Counted from the first letter of the stretch, positions 10,804 to 20,734 are shown. The stretch: 38,830 nt of DNA from an uncultured Methylophilaceae bacterium (GCA_964484985.1 CAZAHP010000001.1:1-38830), one strand, 5' to 3'. The notes: generated by a model from the sequence alone, not told the origin. Program-made: numbers and translations.

Positions 10804-12300
10804 TCAGTGTCCTTGATGGCTGGCAGCGGGTTCTGGAGTGACTAGCGTTGTGGTAGATTCAACAACAGCAGGCTTCGTGCTGCCGTGTGTGCTGTGCCCA
10901 CCGAAGCTGCCCAAAGCCGCCTTCAGGTTACTTTCTGCATCAATCAGGAAATTGGCGCGTACCACCACACTTTCGTCTTCACTCAGGCCTTGCAGCACTT
11001 CGACATAGCCGTCGCTACGCATGCCTAATTTGACCTCGCGCGGCTCGAAAAGGCCATCGGCGAGCTGCACTAATACAACCTGCCTAGTACCACTATCAAT
11101 CACAGCTGAATCCGGCACAGTCAATGCACGCGCCTTGTAGTGACCAGAAGTCAGTTGCACGCTGGCATACATATCAGGTTTTAACATCCCACTTGGATTG
11201 GCCAGTTCGATCCGCACTTTGGCGGTGCGGGTTTCGGGGGTCACGGTTGGATAAATATAGGCAATCTTTCCTGACATTTCTTTATCTGGGTATGCATCGA
11301 CGCTGATCTTCACCGACTGTCCAACATGAACCAGTGCAAGATCCTGCTCAAACACATCAGCAAGTAGCCAGATAGCCGACAAGTCAGCAATCTTGAACAG
11401 CGGCTCGCCTGGCATAAAGCGCATACCTGCCACGGCTGTTTTCTCTAGCACTACACCATTGGCTGATGAATACAAAGTCAGCGTACGACTTGCTTTGCCG
11501 CTCTGTTGCAAGTGGCGTAACTGGGCATCAGAAATATCCCAGTTGCGTAGACGTTTAAGCGCACTTTCCGCCAACTGTCCAACGCCAACTAACGACTCCT
11601 CCGTGCCATTCTTGAGAGACTGGCGTCCGTTCCAGGCAACCAAGTATTCCTCTTCAGCGGAAACCAGTTCAGGACTGTAGACATCCATTAGCGGCTGCCC
11701 ACGTTTTACTGGTTGACCAGTGGCGTTGACATAAAGCCTTTCAATATAGCCTTCAAACTTGGTGGTAACGCTATGCAATCGACGTTCATCCAACTGAAAC
11801 TGACCGACGGCGCGCACCGTCCTGGTCAAATCTCGCAACGCAGTTTGCTCAGTCTTGACCCCAAGCTTCTGTACCTTGTCTGGACTGATCTTGACCTGTC
11901 CAGAAGAAGATTGCTCATCGGCATAAACCGGAGTGTAGTCCATGCCCATTGAATCCTGCTTGGGGACAGGAGATGTGTCAGGTAGCCCCATCGGGTTGCG
12001 GTAGTACAATACCTTGCGATTCGCTTTGTCATTACCTATGGCGGAATTAGCGGGTACTTCATCCGCATAGACTGGGGTGTAGTCCATGCCCATGCTGTCT
12101 TTTTTCGGTTCTGGCGAAGTATCTGGCAGCCCCATGGGATTGCGGTAGTAAAGCACTTTTCTCTCGGCTGGCTCAGAGGTGGAGGCTGGCATTTTTGTCG
12201 ACAGCTGGCCTGCCTGTTTCAATCCCCACCAGTAACCACCTCCTGTGGCAGCGGCGATGCCGACCAGTGCCAGTGCAATCCAGATTCCCGAACGCTTCAT
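10804..12300 (-). CDS. cusB: membrane-fusion (periplasmic adaptor) protein, CusB family, with a tandemly duplicated N-terminal metal-binding segment
   Basis: HlyD/MFP body. RKVLYYRNPMGLPDTSPxPKxDSMGMDYTPVYADE occurs twice (aa 47-81 and 95-129). ATGA overlap with cusC. Confidence 0.9.
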   Translation of the reverse strand: MKRSGIWIALALVGIAAATGGGYWWGLKQAGQLSTKMPASTSEPAERKVLYYRNPMGLPDTSPEPKKDSMGMDYTPVYADEVPANSAIGNDKANRKVLYYRNPMGLPDTSPVPKQDSMGMDYTPVYADEQSSSGQVKISPDKVQKLGVKTEQTALRDLTRTVRAVGQFQLDERRLHSVTTKFEGYIERLYVNATGQPVKRGQPLMDVYSPELVSAEEEYLVAWNGRQSLKNGTEESLVGVGQLAESALKRLRNWDISDAQLRHLQQSGKASRTLTLYSSANGVVLEKTAVAGMRFMPGEPLFKIADLSAIWLLADVFEQDLALVHVGQSVKISVDAYPDKEMSGKIAYIYPTVTPETRTAKVRIELANPSGMLKPDMYASVQLTSGHYKARALTVPDSAVIDSGTRQVVLVQLADGLFEPREVKLGMRSDGYVEVLQGLSEDESVVVRANFLIDAESNLKAALGSFGGHSTHGSTKPAVVESTTTLVTPEPAASHQGH

Positions 12301-13604
12301 AACTCTTCCCCAATTATTCTTTCGATTTCTGATAGGCGAATTTCCTGCACCACCTGCGCTCTGATCCTGTCCTGCCTTGCAAGCCTAATCGCACGCTGCG
12401 CATCTAGCAGTGTGGCGAAATCCACCTTACTGTTTTCATATCCAGCCAGAGCCGAGCGGAAAGTCAGCTCAGCCTGTGGCAACAATGTATTGGTGATCAG
12501 ATGCTCCTGATCCCTTGCCGCCTCATATGCCACTATGGTTTCTTGCAGTTCACCCATTACATTATTGGCGATAGACTGCTGACGTTCCTTGGCCGCGCCA
12601 AGCACGGCGCTGGCCTCCGACTCCTGAGCGCGACGTGTATCGAAGCGAATCGGAATATTGACTTCGACCATCGCCTCCCAGCCGTCGATGCCGCCGCCGC
12701 GCTGGGTCGGCGCAAGACCGAGCGTGACATCGGGATAGCGGTTCTTCTCCACCAAACGCCGGTTGACCTCTGCCGCCGTAATTTGCGCATCCTGAGTACG
12801 TAGTAGTGGATTGTTGCGCTGCGCTTTATCTGGCAGCACAGCTGCATTGAATTTCTCTGGTGGCAGGTTGCGTAGCGCCCGAGGTTCGGCTAACAGATCA
12901 TGCTGCGGTCGCCCAGCCATCGCGTTCAGTCTGGCTCTAGCCTGTTTCTGTTCAGCCTCCAGTGTAATGATTTCGGAGCGTAGTGTGGTTTTCTCGACTT
13001 GCGCACGAATCACGTCCTGCTGCGGCACTAGTCCATTAGAATAACGAGTCCTGGTAATCGCTTCAATATCCTGCAACAGAACCAAAATTTCTTCATTAAG
13101 CCGTTTCAGCTGAAAAGGCTGATAGAACTGCGCGTAGGCAGTTTTTATCTTGGAGTGAATTTCGGCAAGCAAAGCAATTCTGCGAGATTTTGCCTCACTC
13201 ACGCCAGCCGTCGCAATTTCGGTGCGCATGTCACGCTTACCCCATAGAGGGAAACTTTGCATCACAGTGTATTTGGTTCCACCAACCCTGTTCGGTAACA
13301 CACTGAAGCCATTCGGTGCAGCTGGACCAGCAAAATCCATCAACTCAACACGTAGCACTGGATCTGGCAAGGCGCCTGCCGGCACAATACGGCCCTCTGC
13401 TGCCTCAATCTCGTAATTCATAACAGCAAGGTCTGGATTGTGGGCGTCGGCCCATTGCAATAACTCCTGTAGACTAGCATCCGTAACAATGGAAGTCTTC
13501 GACGAATCAGGCATATCATCTGCCCAGCCCAGCTTGGGCAACAGTACTATTGTGAGCATTGAGGCCAACACCCAGCCCAGTGGTTTGTTCATTTTTTCTT
13601 CCAC
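12297..13604 (-). CDS. cusC: outer-membrane efflux factor, TolC/CusC family
   Basis: 435 aa, signal sequence, two OEP repeats, position in the cusCBA operon. Confidence 0.9.
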   Translation of the reverse strand: MEEKMNKPLGWVLASMLTIVLLPKLGWADDMPDSSKTSIVTDASLQELLQWADAHNPDLAVMNYEIEAAEGRIVPAGALPDPVLRVELMDFAGPAAPNGFSVLPNRVGGTKYTVMQSFPLWGKRDMRTEIATAGVSEAKSRRIALLAEIHSKIKTAYAQFYQPFQLKRLNEEILVLLQDIEAITRTRYSNGLVPQQDVIRAQVEKTTLRSEIITLEAEQKQARARLNAMAGRPQHDLLAEPRALRNLPPEKFNAAVLPDKAQRNNPLLRTQDAQITAAEVNRRLVEKNRYPDVTLGLAPTQRGGGIDGWEAMVEVNIPIRFDTRRAQESEASAVLGAAKERQQSIANNVMGELQETIVAYEAARDQEHLITNTLLPQAELTFRSALAGYENSKVDFATLLDAQRAIRLARQDRIRAQVVQEIRLSEIERIIGEEL

Positions 13605-13644
13605 CTTTATTTTTTACCAGATCGACCTGGCCGACCAAGCTTGC

Positions 13645-13977
13645 TTATTTCATCGTATTGATTTGCGTTATTAACGGCGCGCCGCCTTCTTTTCTAACGA
13701 ACTCGAATTTGACCTGATCACCAGCTTTCAATACATCTAGTTGCGATTTGTCAGCTACCTCAAAAAACATAGTCATGGCGGGCCAATCAAGTTCTGGGAC
13801 GGGTTCATGCTTCAACTTAACCTTGCCCGCGACATTATCTACAGTAACTACTTCGCCCTTCACTGCATAGCTTTTTTGCGCCTCAGTCTTTGGGTGATGG
13901 GCATCGTTGGCGTAAATCAAAGTGTTAGCAATTCCAAAAATCGTAACAATAAACACTGATATTAATATTTTTTTCAT
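13645..13977 (-). CDS. cusF: periplasmic Cu(I)/Ag(I) chaperone, CusF family
   Basis: Signal peptide plus H...W.M.M motif (LKHEPVPELDWPAMTMFF). Confidence 0.85.
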   Translation of the reverse strand: MKKILISVFIVTIFGIANTLIYANDAHHPKTEAQKSYAVKGEVVTVDNVAGKVKLKHEPVPELDWPAMTMFFEVADKSQLDVLKAGDQVKFEFVRKEGGAPLITQINTMK

Positions 13978-14005
13978 TTCTTGCTATCCTTTTTCATAGA
14001 TTGCT

Positions 14006-14032
14006 ATCAGGCAGAACATTGCTCTGCCTGAT
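14006..14032 (-). terminator. 10-bp hairpin between the Met-rich gene and cusF (attenuator or processing hairpin; no U-tract)
   Basis: atcaggcaga-acattgc-tctgcctgat. Confidence 0.35.
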
Positions 14033-14039
14033 AAATCAC

Positions 14040-14435
14040 TTAATGCTTGTGCGCGTCACCTGAATCCATAGGCATATCTTCCATCTTATGCAACATTTGA
14101 TTCTCTTGCATCATCTGATCCATAATCTCTTGCATGATCTTCCGATGCTCGATGTACCATTCCTCACGTTCCTTCTCAGACAACCCAGCCTTGGGCTGCA
14201 TGGTGCGGCATTTATCCATATCTTCTTTCATCATCTGCGTATGCTCGCCCAAAAGCTTTTTGTGTTCTGCACCCTTAGCAGCTTCAGCCTGTTGTAGTTT
14301 CAGCTTAGCTTGCTGAACGCGTTGTATCATGTCTCGTTGAAAACTATCTTGACCAGCGATGGCTGTTGCAGAGATAAAGCCAATACAACTAACGGCAACA
14401 ATAGCAATCATTTTGTGAATGGTGTGTTTGCTCAT
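14040..14435 (-). CDS. secreted Met/His-rich protein, first gene of the cus operon
   Basis: Signal peptide, QMMKEDMDK..MQEIMDQMMQENQMLHKMEDMPMDSGDAHKH. Confidence 0.6.
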   Translation of the reverse strand: MSKHTIHKMIAIVAVSCIGFISATAIAGQDSFQRDMIQRVQQAKLKLQQAEAAKGAEHKKLLGEHTQMMKEDMDKCRTMQPKAGLSEKEREEWYIEHRKIMQEIMDQMMQENQMLHKMEDMPMDSGDAHKH

Positions 14436-14567
14436 AATAAAAAACTCCTAACGAAATTAAAAAAAGTAAACTGGCAAATGTCAGCCATAAGGTAATGCTT
14501 GCTTGTTGCTTGCACCCTTTTGACGAATACCATTATGATGGTAGACGTATTACTAATAGCTTACGGC

Positions 14568-14589
14568 AACATTACAATTTTGTAATGTT
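14568..14589. promoter_or_regulatory. CusR/CopR-type copper box in the divergent promoter region
   Basis: Perfect palindrome AACATTACAA-TT-TTGTAATGTT. It resembles the E. coli CusR box AAAATGACAANNTTGTCATTTT and lies between divergent cusRS and the cus efflux operon. Confidence 0.7.
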
Positions 14590-14650
14590 GGGTAATTGGC
14601 CTGCTTACGTGCAACAATTTGCATGTTGATAAATGTCTGAAGAGAAAAAG

Positions 14651-15328
14651 ATGAAAATCTTAATAGTCGAAGATGAACAGAAAACTGGCGATTACCTGAA
14701 ACAAGGCTTATCCGAAGCTGGCTTTGTAGTAGATTTAGTGCGTGACGGCCTCGATGGCGTACATCAAGCATTAACTGATGACTACGATCTTGTAGTCCTT
14801 GATGTCATGCTACCTAAACTCGATGGCTGGCAGGTACTTCAGCAAATCAGGCAAGGAGGTAAGCATATGCCCGTGCTATTCCTTACTGCCCGCGACCAGA
14901 TTGAGGACAGGGTAAAAGGACTGGAGCTTGGTGCCGACGACTACCTTGTCAAACCGTTTGCATTTTCGGAGTTACTTGCACGAGTGCGTACATTGTTGCG
15001 CCGAGGCAAAGCCAAGGAACCTGAGCTTCTGCAAGTCGCCAACTTAGAATTGGATATTCTGCGACGTAAAGTAACGCGAGCAGGAAGACGTATTGACCTT
15101 AGCGCCAAGGAATTCTCTCTGCTTGAATTACTGTTGCGACGCCAAGGGGAGGTGCTGCCCCGTTCTCTGATTGCATCACAGGTATGGGATATGAACTTCG
15201 ACAGTGACACCAATGTGATTGAAGTTGCGATGCGTCGTTTACGCGCAAAAATAGATGACGATTTCGAGCCTAAGCTCATCCAGACCATCAGGGGCATGGG
15301 ATACGTACTGGAAATCCTAGAATCATGA
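14651..15328 (+). CDS. cusR: OmpR-family copper/silver response regulator
   Basis: MKILIVEDE receiver domain, [12 protein letters not shown], winged helix ...IRGMGYVL. Start moved to ATG 14651. Confidence 0.95.
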   Translation: MKILIVEDEQKTGDYLKQGLSEAGFVVDLVRDGLDGVHQALTDDYDLVVLDVMLPKLDGWQVLQQIRQGGKHMPVLFLTARDQIEDRVKGLELGADDYLVKPFAFSELLARVRTLLRRGKAKEPELLQVANLELDILRRKVTRAGRRIDLSAKEFSLLELLLRRQGEVLPRSLIASQVWDMNFDSDTNVIEVAMRRLRAKIDDDFEPKLIQTIRGMGYVLEILES

Positions 15329-16734
15329 TGAATCCAAAATCAATTACTTCCCGTCTAACGCTGTTTTTTTCAACAGCATCGACTCTTGTATTGCTTATAG
15401 TAGGGTTACTAGTTGGTTCTCTGGTGGAATCGCACTTCGAAGAACAAGACCTAATGGAGCTTCACGGTAAATTGGAACTTGTCCGTCATACGCTGATTAA
15501 GGTTCACACTCCATCCGATCTCACGACCGTTCCACAAAGTCTTTCTGATGCGCTGATTGGTCATCCAGATCTTTCAGTCGCAATTCTTGGGCCAGATCAT
15601 CGCATATTATTCACTTCGCCAAGTGCTGCATTTGCCACTCACCTTCTTGAACAACCAAGCAGTAAAGAATTATCTGGTGAAGCAAAGCTCGTGATGTGGG
15701 ATCAAGGAGGACGAGTATATCGCGGCATCTCTGCTAATGCAGACACAGGTATTGCTGGACAGCCATCGGCCACTGTTGCGCTTGCAATTAGCATAGAGCA
15801 TCACCAAGCATTCATGAAAGCATTCCATAATAATTTGTGGATGGCAATCACTGCAGGTATTCTACTAACCATACTACTCGGCTGGGTTGCCGCCCGCAGA
15901 GGGCTGGCCCCAGTACGTCAAATGGCGGATGTAGCAAAAGGCATTTCGGCAAATCACCTTAGCGATCGCCTATCATCAAACTCCGTCCCTCCCGAATTAG
16001 CCAACCTTGCAATTGCCTTCAATGAAATGCTGGCTCGTCTGGAGGGTTCATTCCATCGCTTATCAGACTTCTCATCTGATTTGGCTCATGAGTTAAGGAC
16101 ACCTATCAGCAACTTGATGACGCAAACACAGGTAGCTTTATCCAAAGGGCGGTCGGCAGACGAGTACCGTGAGGTGCTATATTCAAATCTAGAAGAGTAT
16201 GAGCGACTGGCACGAATGATTGCCGATATGCTTTTTCTGGCAAAGGCTGACAATGGGCTGATAATACCAACTAACGAAATAGTAGACTTAGCTAAGGAAG
16301 GGCGAGAACTGTTTGGTTTCTATGAAGCGATTGCAGATGAACAAGGCATAAGCCTGATTCTCACAGGAGAAGGCACCGTTAGAGGTGACAGGCTAATGCT
16401 TCGTAGGGCTTTAAGCAATTTACTCTCAAATGCTATCAGACACACTTCACACGGCGGATCAATTAAGGTGTTCATCGACCAATCCAAGCCAGAAGAAACA
16501 AATCTTGCCATCGAAAATCCTGGGGAGACTATAGCGACGGAGCATCTATCCAGATTATTCGATCGTTTTTATAGAGTTGACCCTTCCCGCCAGAAAGCCA
16601 GCGATGGCGCGGGGCTTGGGCTTGCTATTACGAAATCGATTATTGAGGCACACCAAGGAAATATTCAGGTGTTTTCTTCAAATGGATTGACCCGTTTTGA
16701 AGTTAAATTTCCAAATGACAAATTAACCTCATAA
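15325..16734 (+). CDS. cusS: heavy-metal sensor histidine kinase (CusS/CopS/SilS family)
   Basis: Two TM segments flanking a periplasmic domain, HAMP, H-box [15 protein letters not shown] boxes LSNAIRHT and [13 protein letters not shown] overlap with cusR. Confidence 0.95.
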   Translation: MMNPKSITSRLTLFFSTASTLVLLIVGLLVGSLVESHFEEQDLMELHGKLELVRHTLIKVHTPSDLTTVPQSLSDALIGHPDLSVAILGPDHRILFTSPSAAFATHLLEQPSSKELSGEAKLVMWDQGGRVYRGISANADTGIAGQPSATVALAISIEHHQAFMKAFHNNLWMAITAGILLTILLGWVAARRGLAPVRQMADVAKGISANHLSDRLSSNSVPPELANLAIAFNEMLARLEGSFHRLSDFSSDLAHELRTPISNLMTQTQVALSKGRSADEYREVLYSNLEEYERLARMIADMLFLAKADNGLIIPTNEIVDLAKEGRELFGFYEAIADEQGISLILTGEGTVRGDRLMLRRALSNLLSNAIRHTSHGGSIKVFIDQSKPEETNLAIENPGETIATEHLSRLFDRFYRVDPSRQKASDGAGLGLAITKSIIEAHQGNIQVFSSNGLTRFEVKFPNDKLTS

Positions 16735-16860
16735 TTTAATTTAATCCAGTCTGATAGCAATCAAATCATAATTGTCTATTAAAGTCGAGTGGAAACTCTG
16801 TTAAAGGCATTGCTCTTCCTGAAGGCCTGTAAACAATTCTTAGCTTAAGTATTTTTGAAG

Positions 16861-17559
16861 TTACTCATTAGTGGCAAGATAGTGTGTTCGCATTTTTCGC
16901 GCCTTTCTCTGGTTAGCTTTTGCTTCGTTCATTCTATTAAGTAACACCTTTATTTTTGACTGTAAATCCTCCATTTCAGTTAACAAGTCATCCTCATAAT
17001 TGGCTTTTTTCAGCGATATTATTTCGGCTTCTAAATCTCTAATTTTTGTAGTCGCCTTCTGATGCTCCAACAAATAACACCTATTCGCGTTTTGCACTTC
17101 ACGTATCATCGTTAAATCATTTGGCTCAAAGGTCAAGTCACCTCGGTGAGGGCACGTCAGTCTGCCGTTTGTTCCAATAAACCATCCTGCCCAGTCCTTA
17201 TTTGAAAGTCTAAAATGTACGCTCTCTTCGACTAGTCTTAGTAGTTCGAATGCCATAAATGGTACTGGTCTCTTGTCTAACTCCCATAGTTTAATTTCAC
17301 GTTCAGTTACACGTAGATATGCAGCACACTGCTTAACAGACATATCTAACATAAACTGTCTCATGTAAGTGAATTGCTTTGCGCCTGGTGTAATTTTTTG
17401 TGATTGTTGCACCCATAAAGGGTGATATTCTGGCCACGCTTCGTTGATTTTGCTACTTGTAGGCTCTATTGCTTGCATGTAATAGGCCCAGCGAGTCATT
17501 TCGTTTGGGTAAGGTTTGGGTTTTGATTTTATAGTAGTATTTTTTCTTATTATTGCCAT
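16861..17559 (-). CDS. putative HTH regulator (DUF3653-like phage/ICE regulatory protein) with C-terminal coiled coil
   Basis: MSVKQCAAYLRVTEREIKLWE...PVPFMAFELLRL...WAGWFI..GRL.CP pattern recalled from DUF3653-type proteins. Not searched. Confidence 0.55.
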   Translation of the reverse strand: MAIIRKNTTIKSKPKPYPNEMTRWAYYMQAIEPTSSKINEAWPEYHPLWVQQSQKITPGAKQFTYMRQFMLDMSVKQCAAYLRVTEREIKLWELDKRPVPFMAFELLRLVEESVHFRLSNKDWAGWFIGTNGRLTCPHRGDLTFEPNDLTMIREVQNANRCYLLEHQKATTKIRDLEAEIISLKKANYEDDLLTEMEDLQSKIKVLLNRMNEAKANQRKARKMRTHYLATNE

Positions 17560-17653
17560 GTTACAGTCTCGTCGTTTTTAGTTTTAGTTACCCACTAACC
17601 GCGTGGAAACAAAATTTTAGAGTTTGACTCAACCCTAATTTGTTAACAAAGGT

Positions 17654-17680
17654 AAAAAACCGCCACGAGGGCGGTTTTTT
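17654..17680 (-). terminator. rho-independent (bidirectional-looking) terminator after the helicase gene
   Basis: aaaaaa-CCGCC-acgag-GGCGG-tttttt, immediately 3' of stop 17682. Confidence 0.8.
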
Positions 17681-17681
17681 A

Positions 17682-20033
17682 TTAATGCAACAACTGTTTT
17701 GCTAATGCTACTTCTATACTATCACCTGACTGATTTAAGACATCTAAACCAGAATCAGGCATATCACCAGATGTTGATTGTGATACTGCTATTTTCTTTG
17801 CCATAAGTTCTAAACACTGCATCTGTGCGCTGTCCTCATAACCTAAGTACCACACTTCTACATCTTCTTCTTGACCGATCCGCCAACTTCTACGTGCAGC
17901 TTGCTGTACGGTGTAAACGTTATAGCCACTTTGCATAAAGACGATAGTAGGAAACTCCAACATATCAAGACCCGTTTTAACAAGCTCTTGGTTCGTGATA
18001 ATAATATCCACTCCCCTATCCACCTGGTCAAACAGCCAATCTTCACGCTTAACAGCATCAACGCTAGATCTTAATACAGCTACTTTAAAGCCTTCTTTTT
18101 CAAGAAAACCTTTAAGTCTTGCAGCTGTATCACGCTTACCCGTGTAAGTCGTATAGACTAAAACACGGCGGCCACGTAACTTATTAGATCTACAGATTTC
18201 CAATAATTCTTGCTCTTTTGGAGTAAGCGTATTGTCATCAAATATTTCCACCAAGTAAGCAATTTGCTCTTTGGTTCTAGGATGTCTGACAAGCTCATCC
18301 CTGAAACAAGTATCTGGCCATGCAAGCAATACATTTAAAACCACACCTAGTAAGCTGGTATCACCTTTACGAAGCGCCTCTCTCAGCTCTCCAGTTAAGG
18401 TTGCACTGAGTGAGTGATACATTGCACGCATCTCACTCGTCATCAGCACTTCTTTAAAGTACTCTTGATATGGCGGTAAAATATCGCCACCAATATCTTT
18501 GAGCTTTAAAAATACTGTGATTGGTAAAATATAACGCATGATCCCCATCGGACTAAAGCCTGGTCCTTTGGATGTTCTATGAGCTACAGTATTACCACGC
18601 GCAGTACGATGTGAACCACCTTCCGTTTCCTTATAAATATCTTTAAGAATACCGTGCTCACGCATGAAGCCCATTGATGCTGTACCAAGTGTGTTTCGTT
18701 CGTTATAGTCAAATCCATCTTCGATCATCATTGACGGATTCAAACGGTGCAACAAATAGAACAAATCATCAGCATAACCACCCATTAGCGTACCAGTTAG
18801 CAACAGGATCTTTTGACACTTCGCTGCTAATACACCCATGGCTTGGCCTTGAGCCGAACTTTCATTCTTGTACTCATGCCCTTCATCAACGATTAACAAG
18901 CCAAAATAGCCTTGTGGTAAGTATCGTTTGATAAATTCAGTAGGTTGGTAACCGCCCTGGCCAAACGAAAATTCTATGTTTGCCATTGCTCGCTCCATTC
19001 TACGTGCTTGCCTGTCATTGAAATACAGCTCACCATCTTCATCCATTAAGTTGATGAACTCATAAACGTTGTCGTTAAGCATTCCAGATAACATGTCAGC
19101 ACCGAACTTATCTAATAAGTTAGCAGCCGTTTTATCGCCTATGGTTGGAATTTGGCATAGGCTTTTGGCCACCAATTCTTTAGTGTTCATAGGTTGGCCA
19201 TTTTTACTGACCAATGTCCATAAACGCTCTCCACAGTCACGTTCTGCCACACGTGAAACACCATCCTCACTTGCAACTTTACGAAACACTTTATGCTGAC
19301 AAGAGGCGCGTTTCTCATTGAGAATTGCTCCAGCCATCAATGCTGAGACTGGGTTCCCATCATCATCGAGTAATAAACCGCCACAACTAGGGCAAGCGGC
19401 ATACCGAACTCGTTGCTTATGTTCACCTTCACCTACTAGCATTTTTCTAATAGAAAATGCAGGTTTCCAATTGAAACCCATACGCATGCGTACACGCCCC
19501 ATGATAAAAAACTCAGGCACTTGTGGCTTGCATTGCATAGCACGCAACTCTAAAAGCTTGCGTAAGGTATCAGGTCCGTTCAGTATCCAAACACGCGCAT
19601 TATGTACGGTAGCTTTGATTTCTCTACGCCACTTATAGACTAAATGCGGTGGTGAAATAACAAGTGACCTTGTGTAACCCTCTTCGTGTAATACCGCTGC
19701 AGCCGCGATAGCCATCATCGTTTTACCTGTGCCCATTTCGGCATTGATAATCGCTGCAGGTTGCTTATGATCTATCAACAACTTTGAGACAGCCTGGACA
19801 ACTTCTTGCTGTGGCTCAAATGGTTTTCTAAGCAATCCCTCCATCAATTCTTTACGAACTAAATCAGGGTTTCCATCATAAATTGATGGATTTTGCTTTT
19901 GAACCGCTTCTAATAAACCATGCCCAAACTCGGCAATAAACTGGCTCAGTGGTATTACTTCTTCAGCTGCACCTTCTCCATCTAAACGTTCTGCTAAAGC
20001 AGTGTCGTCATCTTCAAAATATTGCGTTGCCAT
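17682..20033 (-). CDS. SNF2/DEAD-like superfamily-2 helicase with a Zn-ribbon-containing insertion
   Basis: Walker A AEMGTGKT, DEGH box (LLIVDEGHEYKN), motif VI QQAARRSWRIGQ. About 280 aa lie between motifs I and II, including CPSCGG...C. Confidence 0.9.
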   Translation of the reverse strand: MATQYFEDDDTALAERLDGEGAAEEVIPLSQFIAEFGHGLLEAVQKQNPSIYDGNPDLVRKELMEGLLRKPFEPQQEVVQAVSKLLIDHKQPAAIINAEMGTGKTMMAIAAAAVLHEEGYTRSLVISPPHLVYKWRREIKATVHNARVWILNGPDTLRKLLELRAMQCKPQVPEFFIMGRVRMRMGFNWKPAFSIRKMLVGEGEHKQRVRYAACPSCGGLLLDDDGNPVSALMAGAILNEKRASCQHKVFRKVASEDGVSRVAERDCGERLWTLVSKNGQPMNTKELVAKSLCQIPTIGDKTAANLLDKFGADMLSGMLNDNVYEFINLMDEDGELYFNDRQARRMERAMANIEFSFGQGGYQPTEFIKRYLPQGYFGLLIVDEGHEYKNESSAQGQAMGVLAAKCQKILLLTGTLMGGYADDLFYLLHRLNPSMMIEDGFDYNERNTLGTASMGFMREHGILKDIYKETEGGSHRTARGNTVAHRTSKGPGFSPMGIMRYILPITVFLKLKDIGGDILPPYQEYFKEVLMTSEMRAMYHSLSATLTGELREALRKGDTSLLGVVLNVLLAWPDTCFRDELVRHPRTKEQIAYLVEIFDDNTLTPKEQELLEICRSNKLRGRRVLVYTTYTGKRDTAARLKGFLEKEGFKVAVLRSSVDAVKREDWLFDQVDRGVDIIITNQELVKTGLDMLEFPTIVFMQSGYNVYTVQQAARRSWRIGQEEDVEVWYLGYEDSAQMQCLELMAKKIAVSQSTSGDMPDSGLDVLNQSGDSIEVALAKQLLH

Positions 20034-20038
20034 CGTGC

Positions 20039-20100
20039 TCTCCTAAAATAAAAAAAGGGAGCACGACCCCGAATGGGCAGTAACTCCCCATCGGGTTAAA
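20039..20100 (-). promoter_or_regulatory. short leader module A (UAACCC box, terminator-like hairpin, U7, SD)
   Basis: Minus strand: UUUAACCCGAUGGGGAGUUACUGCCCAUUCGGGGUCGUGCUCCCUUUUUUUAUUUUAGGAGAGCACGAUG. Confidence 0.8.
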
Positions 20101-20113
20101 ACAAATTTAAATA

Positions 20114-20659
20114 CTAAATCTTAATTAAAAGATTGGTCTCAATATACTCATACAACTGAAAATCAGGCATGCTCTGCTTTGCATTTTCGTACTCAACAAC
20201 TAATGCATTCAACAGTTGGCCAACTTTAGTTATATTCAGTGATATTTCTTTATGGTTTAGGGTATCGCTACCATCCCCAGTTGAGAAATAATCAGCTTCA
20301 TTTGAACAATGCTCGATAACGTTATTGAATGCCTGGAGCAATGGATCTGAGCTTTCAGGTACGTCATCATCTTCAATGTTGTATTGCAAACCTTCCTCAG
20401 CAGGTATCTCAGTGACAAAATACCCTAGACGATTTACATAATGCCAGCCATTAACAATTAACCATGAACTTTCCTCACTATCAATAAGCGTCCAAATAGT
20501 GAGTGGATTGATTTTATTTTGCTCTAGGATGAATTCATATTCTTGACCATAAGTCTCAAACATGTGGCCATCATAAGAAGCATTATTATCAAGGTGGTTC
20601 TTGACTGGTTTAAATTGTTCCCAGAACTGATCATCTGTTAACTTAACTAATTGATTCAT
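20114..20659 (-). CDS. acidic hypothetical protein
   Basis: 181 aa, own SD behind module B, D/E-rich; no family recognised. Confidence 0.7.
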   Translation of the reverse strand: MNQLVKLTDDQFWEQFKPVKNHLDNNASYDGHMFETYGQEYEFILEQNKINPLTIWTLIDSEESSWLIVNGWHYVNRLGYFVTEIPAEEGLQYNIEDDDVPESSDPLLQAFNNVIEHCSNEADYFSTGDGSDTLNHKEISLNITKVGQLLNALVVEYENAKQSMPDFQLYEYIETNLLIKI

Positions 20660-20665
20660 GGTGTA

Positions 20666-20720
20666 CTCCTAATAAAATAGGGTGCACCATGCCCAAAGGG
20701 TGGTTACACCCTTGGGTTAG
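20666..20720 (-). promoter_or_regulatory. short leader module B
   Basis: CUAACCCAAGGGUGUAACCACCCUUUGGGCAUGGUGCACCCUAUUUUAUUAGGAGUACACCAUG. Confidence 0.75.
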
Positions 20721-20734
20721 TATTAAATTTATAT

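Noticed and set aside
6768-13674. Overlapping track ORFs within the DUF2231-like gene, the lipoprotein gene, cusA, cusB and cusC (for example 6768..6986, 7248..7598, 8722..9123, 12501..12803).
   Set aside because: They are contained in, or antisense to, longer ORFs with clear family signatures. They have no independent SD or family support.
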